DNA of 63,356 nucleotides, counting the filler, from Welwitschia mirabilis (Eukaryota), in assembly GCA_051453625.1 (NCBI GenBank). It is 5 parts of one record of this genome, joined end to end, with 100 filler letters (N's around TTAATTAATTAA, not from the genome) between each part and the next. Parts side by side here need not be neighbours in the genome. Positions count along the whole stretch, not along the records: positions 34,383 to 58,439 come from JBOZIK010000001.1; positions 58,540 to 63,356 come from JBOZIK010000001.1; 3 more parts are not named here. One strand, written 5' to 3'. Each line of letters opens with the position of its first letter. The first letter of the stretch is position 1. A model generated the notes under the pieces. The model did no database searches, had not been told where the DNA came from, and saw only the letters and a program-made list of their open reading frames with translations. This document shows, piece after piece, positions 51,656 to 63,356 of the stretch. The position numbers and the translations under genes are program-made.

Positions 51656-54600
51656 TGATGGCTAATCAATGTTTTCTCTTGTTTCATCAAAATACTACCA
51701 AATAAGCTTGAAACCTACTCAAGTAATAACGTTAAATATGATTAATTTGGCCTCACAACATAAACCTCCATTAAGTGTTTGTTAGTTTCTGATAAAGCAA
51801 GTAAACAATAAGAAGTGAGTCAAAGTAACAACATAAATAACTTAATCACATAAGTAGCTTTTAGCAATTTACCATATAAGTTTGAGACTCAGATCAAGTG
51901 AGAAATGTTGTTCAACAGTCAAATGGGCCTTTGTCCTAGAGTCTTCATTTAGATGATTAGGCGGACGATTATCCCAAAATGCAAATTTTGAAATCATTTA
52001 ATCTGTTAAGACCTTTGGAGCATAACTCAATTGCATTCATGCAGGACAAGACTTATGGATTCATCTTGAAATAGCCATTAGAAAATAAATTATTAAATAA
52101 CTATGATTTTTCCTACATCAACCTATCAATCCTTACACATTTTCCAAGGATGTGATGATGGAAGAATGAAATTCTAAATTAGGTAGAAATCACACTAATA
52201 ATATACTCAAAACGACATATATATGTATATTATAAAAAGAATAATGCTTGGAGTATAACAATATGGACTTTCTCATTAAGTAACATCAAATTAGATATCC
52301 AATATAATCCAAACATCATAGGCTCATTCATGATAGATAGACATCCTAAACTATATATCTAAGTCCTCCTGTGGTGGTGGTCATGTCAGCTATCACTCCT
52401 CTGCCATAACCTTACAAGTGGAGAAAAATAAGCTTACATGCTCATAAATAACTTTAGTGATGTGAGCATGATGGATCTCATCACCTCAAAAAGATCAATG
52501 ATAATTCTCTACTCAATCTATACAACTCTTAACCTGTTGTTGATATCCTCTTCTTGACTAGGATTAATTGTTACTCCTGAGCTACTACTCTTTAATCAGT
52601 CTAGGTAATTTACTAATTAATTTGGGTATCACTTAGTTTCTACTCTACTCTGGCTAGTAAATCATCATTTGCTCTTAAGTAATACCACTAATTATTGTAC
52701 CAGGAACCTAAGGAGGAGTCCTCTATGCCTATGGCTACTTTGGTTCTCCTTGAATCTAAATGTACATGTCCATATAGTATGTAATTATCGTTACCAAATG
52801 GGGTTGTGCTTAAATGCCCTAAAGCTTTAACATATTTATCTATAAGAGATGGCTGATAATAAGCATGAACATCCTAAAGTCTACAGAAACCTCATCTTAA
52901 TCATGCTTCTTATGTGCCTACAAATTTACAGCGTAAGGTCAATCTCCTCATTCTAATAAATGGTGGTTAAAATTTGATGTAAAATCATGTAATGACTATT
53001 GCAGAAGGAAGAACTGATAAGTTCCATAACCTACTTTTCTTTCATATTTATCCCCTTTTCTCAAATCCCTATGTTAATGGATTCTTCCCATGACTTCCTC
53101 TTCCAGCTTTATCTTCTTCAATGAAATGCATTCCAAAATCCTATCATGTATTAATTTCTCTTCTTTTCTCCACTTTTGGTATTAATTAATCTCATCTTCT
53201 CCCACTTATCAGTGTTAACAACCTTCTCTTATGTGTTGTTTCTGCCTTTGGTTAAAATTTTAGGTCTTATATTCTAATATAATCTCCATGATTTTGGCTA
53301 TTAAAATCCTTGCATAAAAGATACCACTCTTATGTCAAGAACATTGGTGGTTTTTAATCATCATAGGTCAGGTGTTGCATTGCCAACTTGTATGTATTTG
53401 ATAGGGTATTTTGAGTAGTTTTGTAGAACATTAAATAGGTTTATGTTGAATTTCGACAATAATGGAGAGCTAAGATGAATGATTTAAAAAAAAGTAATCT
53501 TCATTATATTTTATAGTATTTAAAGAAGTTTATAATATTTCCTATTTAAAGTAAAACTCTTGCAAATATTAAGGTTCGAGTGATACATAAAGAACTATAC
53601 AAAGGCCATCATTCACCTCATCGTCTAGATAACTATACAGATGATAGAACACTTGAACAAAGGAGGATGTTGACTAAAATCGAATTGGTAGCTGATATGG
53701 AACTCTTATGAGATGGCATCATCTTTTGTATCATTTAGACAACCAACAAGCTGACAATAGATATGCACTTCACCAAACTTCACCAAGCTCTAANNNNNNN
53801 NNNNNNNNNNNNNNNNNNNNNNNNNNNNNNNNNNNNNNNNNNNNNNNNNNNNNNNNNNNNNNNNNNNNNNNNNNNNNNNNNNNNNNNNNNNNNNNNNNNN
53901 NNNNNNNNNNNNNNNNNNNNNNNNNNNNNNNNNNNNNNNNNNNNNNNNNNNNNNNNNNNNNNNNNNNNNNNNNNNNNNNNNNNNNNNNNNNNNNNNNNNN
54001 NNNNNNNNNNNNNNNNNNNNNNNNNNNNNNNNNNNNNNNNNNNNNNNNNNNNNNNNNNNNNNNNNNNNNNNNNNNNNNNNNNNNNNNNNNNNNNNNNNNN
54101 NNNNNNNNNNNNNNNNNNNNNNNNNNNNNNNNNNNNNNNNNNNNNNNNNNNNNNNNNNNNNNNNNNNNNNNNNNNNNNNNNNNNNNNNNNNNNNNNNNNN
54201 NNNNNNNNNNNNNNNNNNNNNNNNNNNNNNNNNNNNNNNNNNNNNNNNNNNNNNNNNNNNNNNNNNNNNNNNNNNNNNNNNNNNNNNNNNNNNNNNNNNN
54301 NNNNNNNNNNNNNNNNNNNNNNNNNNNNNNNNNNNNNNNNNNNNNNNNNNNNNNNNNNNNNNNNNNNNNNNNNNNNNNNNNNNNNNNNNNNNNNNNNNNN
54401 NNNNNNNNNNNNNNNNNNNNNNNNNNNNNNNNNNNNNNNNNNNNNNNNNNNNNNNNNNNNNNNNNNNNNNNNNNNNNNNNNNNNNNNNNNGTTAGTCATG
54501 TCTGTTTGTAGAGTCTATTTTGTTAATAAATATCATCTCCGCCCTCGACTCTTGTTTGTCTTCATTTGCATCGGAAATTCTTGTGCTAGGAGATCGAAGG

Positions 54601-57600
54601 GCTAGAAGTCCATCCATTGTTATTGCAGAGAGAAATCTTCTTTGGTGTTGAGCTATGTATACTCCATTGAGGTGCTGCTACTTTGTAACATGAATGTTGA
54701 TTCGATTCTAATTCAAAACTATTTTCTATGTTTCATATCTTTATTTTGTGCTTGTCCCTTATAGATTATGTTACTTCTAATTTCTGTGATATCTTCTTTA
54801 TTGATATAGATTATGAGTGCAACCTTTGTTAAGATTGCGTATTGTTAGTTTAGGTGCATTATATTTCTTTTCCTAGTTTAACTTTGCATAGTTTTCATAT
54901 TCTGTTTGACGTACCTAATAGCTTAGGTTGGTCTTGATCTGATGATGACATTTCTTAATTGATCTAGATTATATAGGGCTGATCTCTATGATAGGTTGAT
55001 CTAGTCATCAGACAGAAGTTACACTTAGTTTAGTTTTGCATTTCATTTGCCTAAGTATGTTTGCATTATTATTTATGAATTATTATTTACTTTCTACTTT
55101 AAAGATACATAGTGTTTTATTCATGAAATCAATCTCTTTCTTCTTTTCTATGCCTTCAATGAGTCCATCTATATTAGTATGTTGCCTTGTGTAAAATCTA
55201 TATTTATTTGTGAATGACAAGATCTTCTTAAGAGCATAACATTTGCACAAATACGCACTGCAACATCTTGGTGTCCTTGTCAAGGAAGGCTTCTTGGAGT
55301 TTGAAGATTATCATTGCTCAGTTGAATGTTTGAATTTTAGTTTAGATATTTGCCTATAGTAGCATTGTTTGTTTAATAGTAGAAATGTATCTTTTTCTTT
55401 TCACAGTTTTCATTTTACATTCTGAAATAAACACCTTGTCATCTGCTTCATCCTCCAAATGATGCATAGCGACGATGGCCTATGTGCCTTGAGTTTTTTG
55501 TTTTCTTAAAAATTAGGGTTTTTCCTATCGTGCCGTCTATTATCGTGATGACTTAGAAGGACGATAGTCTATTTTTAGTGTTTTTAATGTCTATTATTTT
55601 CATGATTTTATTTTTTTGCATTTTTTGCTTTTGGTTTTCTATATGTTCTATTGTTCAGACATATCATTTAGACAACCACAGGACGACATACACTAAAACA
55701 TAAAACTAAGCATGCTAGGATATGAAAAATTCTGATAAGAAAGAAAAAATATCAGAAAGAGTGGTTGTTCATTAAAAAAACATCTGAGAATGTTTGGTCC
55801 ACTTCGAACTTAACCTAGGTACACACAACACAGGTATGTAAATATTTAAAAAATTCCACAAGAAGAAATTTCTACATTTATTATTTCAGAATCTAATTTT
55901 GCAATAGAAAATTTTCAGCACATTGTTTAGAAGATAGTTTAGAAGAAAATCATTTTTTAAATATGTCTATTTGTTTGCAAAANNNNNNNNNNNNNNNNNN
56001 NNNNNNNNNNNNNNNNNNNNNNNNNNNNNNNNNNNNNNNNNNNNNNNNNNNNNNNNNNNNNNNNNNNNNNNNNNNNNNNNNNNNNNNNNNNNNNNNNNNN
56101 NNNNNNNNNNNNNNNNNNNNNNNNNNNNNNNNNNNNNNNNNNNNNNNNNNNNNNNNNNNNNNNNNNNNNNNNNNNNNNNNNNNNNNNNNNNNNNNNNNNN
56201 NNNNNNNNNNNNNNNNNNNNNNNNNNNNNNNNNNNNNNNNNNNNNNNNNNNNNNNNNNNNNNNNNNNNNNNNNNNNNNNNNNNNNNNNNNNNNNNNNNNN
56301 NNNNNNNNNNNNNNNNNNNNNNNNNNNNNNNNNNNNNNNNNNNNNNNNNNNNNNNNNNNNNNNNNNNNNNNNNNNNNNNNNNNNNNNNNNNNNNNNNNNN
56401 NNNNNNNNNNNNNNNNNNNNNNNNNNNNNNNNNNNNCAACCTAACGAAGATTATGATTTTACTTGTGAGTAATTTTTTATTGCTTTTACATTCTAATCCT
56501 ATAGATAATTTTTCTTAAGAAGAATTAGTAGAATACTTTTACAGTGGACTTAATAGTCAAACAAAGCAACTTGTTGATTTTTCGTGTGAGGAAATTTAAT
56601 GAATCTTATACATGGAAAGTGATGAAAGAGTTACTAAAAGTAAGTCAAACTTGGTCTAGACCCTCACCTAAAAAAATAGTATAGCAGGCCAAATCATAAA
56701 AGATCTTAAAGAGGTTAAGAAAGAGAAGGAGAAAGNNNNNNNNNNNNNNNNNNNNNNNNNNNNNNNNNNNNNNNNNNNNNNNNNNNNNNNNNNNNNNNNN
56801 NNNNNNNNNNNNNNNNNNNNNNNNNNNNNNNNNNNNNNNNNNNNNNNNNNNNNNNNNNNNNNNNNNNNNNNNNNNNNNNNNNNNNNNNNNNNNNNNNNNN
56901 NNNNNNNNNNNNNNNNNNNNNNNNNNNNNNNNNNNNNNNNNNNNNNNNNNNNNNNNNNNNNNNNNNNNNNNNNNNNNNNNNNNNNNNNNNNNNNNNNNNN
57001 NNNNNNNNNNNNNNNNNNNNNNNNNNNNNNNNNNNNNNNNNNNNNNNNNNNNNNNNNNNNNNNNNNNNNNNNNNNNNNNNNNNNNNNNNNNNNNNNNNNN
57101 NNNNNNNNNNNNNNNNNNNNNNNNNNNNNNNNNNNNNNNNNNNNNNNNNNNNNNNNNNNNNNNNNNNNNNNNNNNNNNNNNNNNNNNNNNNNNNNNNNNN
57201 NNNNNNNNNNNNNNNNNNNNNNNNNNNNNNNNNNNNNNNNNNNNNNNNNNNNNNNNNNNNNNNNNNNNNNNNNNNNNNNNNNNNNNNNNNNNNNNNNNNN
57301 NNNNNNNNNNNNNNNNNNNNNNNNNNNNNNNNNNNNNNNNNNNGAAAGTGAAATCAAAGAAAGAATCAACTAATTTTATTAAGGATTTCACTATAAATTA
57401 GAGAAATACACTCAAATTATCTTAGATTCTAAGGTGGTAATAGGAAAGAGTGTGGTTGTAGTTCCAACTTGTGATTTATGTGAAGATAACTATCATGTGA
57501 CAAAAGATTATCCTTTACTGTCAACTTATAAAGAAAATATTTATGAAGAGGTGTGTTCTTTTAATTAAAGGTCTTCCAAATTTAGGAATCAAAATCAAAA

Positions 57601-58157
57601 CCAGAATCAAAATTAAAACCAAAATAGAAAAAATTTTCAACCTAGGATGAATAGATAACTAAATTTTCAATCTTTTGAGATGAAACTTAAGATATTTCCA
57701 ACAAATTATCCTAATTTCCAACTATTTAGAAATAGATTTGAAAATGTAAATTTTTAACTAAACAACTCTAATAATCAAGTAAGCACATCAAACTCATAAA
57801 ATCAGAATGATCCACTTAGGACTTCCATTGATGAGTTAAGAAAATCCCAAGAGAATACAAATTCTAACATTGAAAATCTTGTTAATGTGCTATAGCAAAC
57901 TATGCTTGCTGATCAAAGACCATAAGGATCATTTGTAATACAACCTCTACCAAATCCCAATGAAGTCAAAAAAGACTGTAAGATTGTGAAACTAGTGAAA
58001 ATAATACAATACCTCCTATCCAAGATACTTCAACATCTCAAAGTGGTAAAAATAATGAGGCAAAAGAGGATACTAAAATTTTAAAAAATCATTCTTTTCC
58101 TTTTCAATTAAATGATAAAAAGAAAAATTATTCTCAAGAAAAAGGTAAGAAACCTGC

Positions 58158-58439
58158 TATTGTGGTGTGTATTTGTGTAATGTTTCATGCTTTAATTTCA
58201 ATCCTATTAATTATAAATAAGATGTAAAATACAACACGTCAGTATAGACGGAGTGATCTGAATGTCGTAATTCCGTCGAAGGCTAATGGTATGGACAACA
58301 AAGAGTTGATTTCAAAGAATAAATATATAACCTTAATCTATTAAATTAAATTGTAGTGCATAGAAATAAAAGATGCTGATGCAAACTAATCTAAGAAAGT
58401 AAACAATGATGCACCTAATCTAATTAAGCTTAACCTTAA
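58158..58439 (-). mobile_element. Antisense LTR end of a related element inserted in gag
   Basis: The reverse complement (aacattacacaaatacacaccacaata) resembles the LTR 3' end at 55240-55265; the gag frame breaks here. Confidence 0.6.
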
Positions 58440-59486
58440 NNNNNNNNNNNNNNNNNNNNNNNNNNNNNNNNNNNNNNNNNNNNTTAATTAATTAANNNNN
58501 NNNNNNNNNNNNNNNNNNNNNNNNNNNNNNNNNNNNNNNTATGTGCTTAACGAACAACTTGAATTTGAGCATCTCCCAATTGATTTTTCTTATCTGAAGA
58601 GGAGTAATTTTAATCCTGTAACCTATTCTGAAGTTCGAGAAACTAAAAATCCTGAGAATTCTTGTTTTGAAGTTAGTCATCCATTACTGACGTTTGGACG
58701 ATAGTCTGAGATGATAGCTAACTTTTTTGAAAATTTTCCAGAAACCAAAAATTTGAACCTTAACCTAAATCTAAAACCTTTAACCAATGNNNNNNNNNNN
58801 NNNNNNNNNNNNNNNNNNNNNNNNNNNNNNNNNNNNNNNNNNNNNNNNNNNNNNNNNNNNNNNNNNNNNNNNNNNNNNNNNNNNNNNNNNNNNNNNNNNN
58901 NNNNNNNNNNNNNNNNNNNNNNNNNNNNNNNNNNNNNNNNNNNNNNNNNNNNNNNNNNNNNNNNNNNNNNNNNNNNNNNNNNNNNNNNNNNNNNNNNNNN
59001 NNNNNNNNNNNNNNNNNNNNNNNNNNNNNNNNNNNNNNNNNNNNNNNNNNNNNNNNNNNNNNNNNNNNNNNNNNNNNNNNNNNNNNNNNNNNNNNNNNNN
59101 NNNNNNNNNNNNNNNNNNNNNNNNNNNNNNNNNNNNNNNNNNNNNNNNNNNNNNNNNNNNNNNNNNNNNNNNNNNNNNNNNNNNNNNNNNNNNNNNNNNN
59201 NNNNNNNNNNNNNNNNNNNNNNNNNNNNNNNNNNNNNNNNNNNNNNNNNNNNNNNNNNNNNNNNNNNNNNNNNNNNNNNNNNNNNNNNNNNNNNNNNNNN
59301 NNNNNNNNNNNNNNNNNNNNNNNNNNNNNNNNNNNNNNNNNNNNNNNNNNNNNNNNNNNNNNNNNNNNNNNNNNNNNNNNNNNNNNNNNNNNNNNNNNNN
59401 NNNNNNNNNNNNNNNNNNNNNNNNNNNNNNNNNNNNNNNNNNNNNNNNNNNNNNNNNNNNNNNNNNNNNNNNNNNNNNNNNNNNNN

Positions 59487-60857
59487 CCCATAATGATCTA
59501 TCGGCCATTCCTACTTTCATTGTGTAACACAAAATCTATCTCAAAGAAAATTTAAAATCTATGAGGCAACCCTAATGTAGACTAAATCCATCTCTAAAGA
59601 AGATTGTAAAAGATGAAATCATAAAACTTATGGATGCTGAAATCATTTAATCCATTGTTGATAGTGAGTGGGTTAGCCCCTTGACTGTAGTACCTAAAAA
59701 GGATGGAAAATGATGTATGTGTATAAACTTTGGAAAACTAAATGATGTAACTGAAAAAGACCACTATCCTTTACCTTTTCTCGATCAAATTCTTGATAGG
59801 ATTTAGGGACATGTCTTTTACTATTTTCTTGATGGTTATAGTGGTTACAATCAAATTTGCATTACTCTTGAGGATCAAGATAAAACTACCTTCACTTCTC
59901 CTTTTGGTGTCTTTGCCTTTAGATGTATGACTTTTGGATTTGTAATGCTCCCAGTACCTTTTAGTGTGCTATGATGGGTATTTTTTTTGATATACTTGAG
60001 GATTTCATTAAGATTTTTATGGACAACTTTTCTATCTATGTCAAAACTTTTGAGCAAATCTTAGATTATTTAAAGAAAGTCTTAGATCAATGCATTACTA
60101 GTGGCCTTCACTTGAGTTGGGAAAAGTGTTATTTTCTTGTAGAGAGTGGCATTGTTTTAGGTCATCACATTTTTCGGAAGGGGATTAAGGTGGATGCTTC
60201 TAAAGTTAGTATTATTCAAAATCTTAGTCCCCCTAAAAATATTAAACAGGTCCAATTTTTCTTTGGTCATTGTGGTTTTTACCATTAGTTCATTCATGAT
60301 TATGCTTCTATTTGTAAACCACTTCACTCATTATTTGAAAAAGATGTCAAATTCAAATGGAATGAATCTTGTTAAATTACTTTCGATAGGCTTAAACATA
60401 GATTGTCTCATGCTTCTATAGTAATGGGACCCAATTGAATACTTGACTTTGAGCTTATGTGTGATGCTAGTAATTTTGCCGTGGGTGGGGTTCTTTACCA
60501 AAAGTATGAGAAAGACTTCAAAGTTATCTCTTATCATAGCAATTCATTATCTAGAGCTCAGATGAACTACACTACTATAGAAAAAGAAATGCTTACCATT
60601 ATCTTTTGCCTTAATTCTCTTAAACACTATCTTTTAGGCTTTCACATGAATGTTTATACTGATTATGCTATTATTCATTACCTTATGATTAAAAAAGACT
60701 CTAGTGCCCATTTGATTAGATGGTTTCTTCTTATGTAAGAATTCAATTTAACCATCACAAATAAAACAGGGAAGCATAATTCTATTGCTGATCATTTGTC
60801 TGAACTTTACCCTCCTCCAGATGGAATTCTTATAGATGATTCCTTTCTTGACAAGTA
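59487..60857 (+). pseudogene. Ty3/gypsy reverse transcriptase and RNase H, degenerate
   Basis: SEWVSPLTVVPKK, KDHYPLPFLDQIL, FLDGYSGYNQI, DQDKTTFTSPFG, IFMDNFS, MCDASNFAVGGVL, NYTTIEKEML, LIRWFLL; multiple stops. Confidence 0.93.
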
Positions 60858-61631
60858 NNNNNNNNNNNNNNNNNNNNNNNNNNNNNNNNNNNNNNNNNNN
60901 NNNNNNNNNNNNNNNNNNNNNNNNNNNNNNNNNNNNNNNNNNNNNNNNNNNNNNNNNNNNNNNNNNNNNNNNNNNNNNNNNNNNNNNNNNNNNNNNNNNN
61001 NNNNNNNNNNNNNNNNNNNNNNNNNNNNNNNNNNNNNNNNNNNNNNNNNNNNNNNNNNNNNNNNNNNNNNNNNNNNNNNNNNNNNNNNNNNNNNNNNNNN
61101 NNNNNNNNNNNNNNNNNNNNNNNNNNNNNNNNNNNNNNNNNNNNNNNNNNNNNNNNNNNNNNNNNNNNNNNNNNNNNNNNNNNNNNNNNNNNNNNNNNNN
61201 NNNNNNNNNNNNNNNNNNNNNNNNNNNNNNNNNNNNNNNNNNNNNNNNNNNNNNNNNNNNNNNNNNNNNNNNNNNNNNNNNNNNNNNNNNNNNNNNNNNN
61301 NNNNNNNNNNNNNNNNNNNNNNNNNNNNNNNNNNNNNNNNNNNNNNNNNNNNNNNNNNNNNNNNNNNNNNNNNNNNNNNNNNNNNNNNNNNNNNNNNNNN
61401 NNNNNNNNNNNNNNNNNNNNNNNNNNNNNNNNNNNNNNNNNNNNNNNNNNNNNNNNNNNNNNNNNNNNNNNNNNNNNNNNNNNNNNNNNNNNNNNNNNNN
61501 NNNNNNNNNNNNNNNNNNNNNNNNNNNNNNNNNNNNNNNNNNNNNNNNNNNNNNNNNNNNNNNNNNNNNNNNNNNNNNNNNNNNNNNNNNNNNNNNNNNN
61601 NNNNNNNNNNNNNNNNNNNNNNNNNNNNNNN

Positions 61632-62540
61632 GTAGCCTTGTTTATTCATAGGAAATGCTCCTTTGACCTATTCTTGAGTGTGAACCTTTTAATTGTTAGG
61701 GTATTAATTTCATGGGCCCTATTCACTCACCTTCTTTCAATAAAAATTACATTTTAGTAGCTATTGATTGCGTGACTAAATGAGTTGAAGCCATACCTAC
61801 TTCTTTGAATGATGCTCAAACTATCTGTAATTTTCTTTGATCTCATATCTTTCAGAGATTTGGTTTTGTTAGAGTTATCATTAGTGATTAGGGTACTCAT
61901 TTCATAAATTCACTTTTTAAGAAACTTTTTCTGTTCATGGGAATTGAACATAGAATAGCTTATGCTTATCATCCTTAAACAAATAGACAAGCTGAAAATG
62001 CTAACAGTGAAATAAATAAAATGATTTAAAAACTTATCTCTATTAATAAAAAAACTTAGGATTCTAAACTTAATGATGTACTTTGGGCTTACCATACTAC
62101 TTTGCATACTTCTCTTGGTTTCTCATCTTATGAAGTTATTTATGATAAAGTTTGTGTCTTACTAGTTGATGTGTGTTACAATTCTTATTGTACATCTCAT
62201 CAACTCAACCTTGTTAACTTTGATGAAAATCTTAAGTATAGGTTAGCATAATTAATTCATCTTAATGAAAAAAGAACTAGTGTCGTACATTATCAATTGA
62301 TTCATAAAGCCCAAGTAAAGTTTAAACATGATAAAAGGATTTTTGTAAAAATTTTAAACCTGATCAACTTGTTTTGTTATATAACACTCGAGTTCACCTT
62401 TTGAATAACAAGTTAACCTCTAAATGGTTAAGTCATTATCTTATATATAAAGTGCATTTTAATGGCTCAGTTAAAATTTTAGATTTGAAAACTAAAGAGA
62501 TTCATAAATTTAATGGACAATGATTGAAATTATATAAGGG
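61632..62540 (+). pseudogene. Ty3/gypsy integrase, degenerate
   Basis: GINFMGP, YILVAIDCVTK*VEA, IISD*GTHFIN, AYHP*TNRQAENANSEI, KLNDVLWAY. Confidence 0.9.
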
Positions 62541-63356
62541 ATCTNNNNNNNNNNNNNNNNNNNNNNNNNNNNNNNNNNNNNNNNNNNNNNNNNNNNNNNN
62601 NNNNNNNNNNNNNNNNNNNNNNNNNNNNNNNNNNNNNNNNNNNNNNNNNNNNNNNNNNNNNNNNNNNNNNNNNNNNNNNNNNNNNNNNNNNNNNNNNNNN
62701 NNNNNNNNNNNNNNNNNNNNNNNNNNNNNNNNNNNNNNNNNNNNNNNNNNNNNNNNNNNNNNNNNNNNNNNNNNNNNNNNNNNNNNNNNNNNNNNNNNNN
62801 NNNNNNNNNNNNNNNNNNNNNNNNNNNNNNNNNNNNNNNNNNNNNNNNNNNNNNNNNNNNNNNNNNNNNNNNNNNNNNNNNNNNNNNNNNNNNNNNNNNN
62901 NNNNNNNNNNNNNNNNNNNNNNNNNNNNNNNNNNNNNNNNNNNNNNNNNNNNNNNNNNNNNNNNNNNNNNNNNNNNNNNNNNNNNNNNNNNNNNNNNNNN
63001 NNNNNNNNNNNNNNNNNNNNNNNNNNNNNNNNNNNNNNNNNNNNNNNNNNNNNNNNNNNNNNNNNNNNNNNNNNNNNNNNNNNNNNNNNNNNNNNNNNNN
63101 NNNNNNNNNNNNNNNNNNNNNNNNNNCTTAGTGAAGAGGACTTCCTCCCTATCATTGTCTAAGTTCTTTCTTAGCTTACTCCTTTGATTAAATCTTATGA
63201 CTTTACCTAATCCTCTTTTAAAATTGACTTATGTATTACTTCATGAAGTATCATGCTTAGTTTTATACTTGGGCATTTATAGGTGGTAAGATTGGATTCA
63301 CCCAATCTTAAGACATTTCCATCTCTATAGACTTTGCTTAAAGGAAGATGCCTTAG

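Larger units (their letters stand above)
53373..63356 (+). mobile_element. Degenerate Ty3/gypsy Athila-type LTR retrotransposon (runs off window)
   Basis: 5' LTR 53373-55265 (TGTTGCA...TGCAACA), decayed PBS tcttggtgtccttgtc, gag with CDLCEDNYH knuckle (~57475), then RT-RH-INT order. A contig join at 58440 means gag and pol may come from different copies. Confidence 0.85.

Overview
AT-rich, gapped, scaffolded land-plant nuclear DNA that is mostly decayed, nested transposons. There is one intact host gene, a 7-exon secreted GH10 endo-1,4-beta-xylanase (45996-48312, +, about 599 aa), sitting in a GC-richer island. Transposon content: (1) a CACTA/En-Spm transposase relic (1-650, -); (2) a three-LTR tandem, pol-less Athila-like retroelement (5202-24364, TSD TGCAT); (3) nested in it, a 7.9 kb Pack-CACTA (12317-20227) carrying Lsi2-type transporter and PRH-type PHD gene fragments; (4) a second CACTA-ended mosaic (to 29877) with STT3B and PWWP-protein fragments and a hAT MITE; (5) a further mosaic with condensin CAP-H and nucleoredoxin fragments; (6) nested solo LTRs; (7) a degenerate Athila-type Ty3/gypsy element (53373 to window end). 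The most notable signal is the concentration of six unrelated host-gene fragments in transposon DNA. All homology calls come from manual translation and recalled family motifs; no searches were run.
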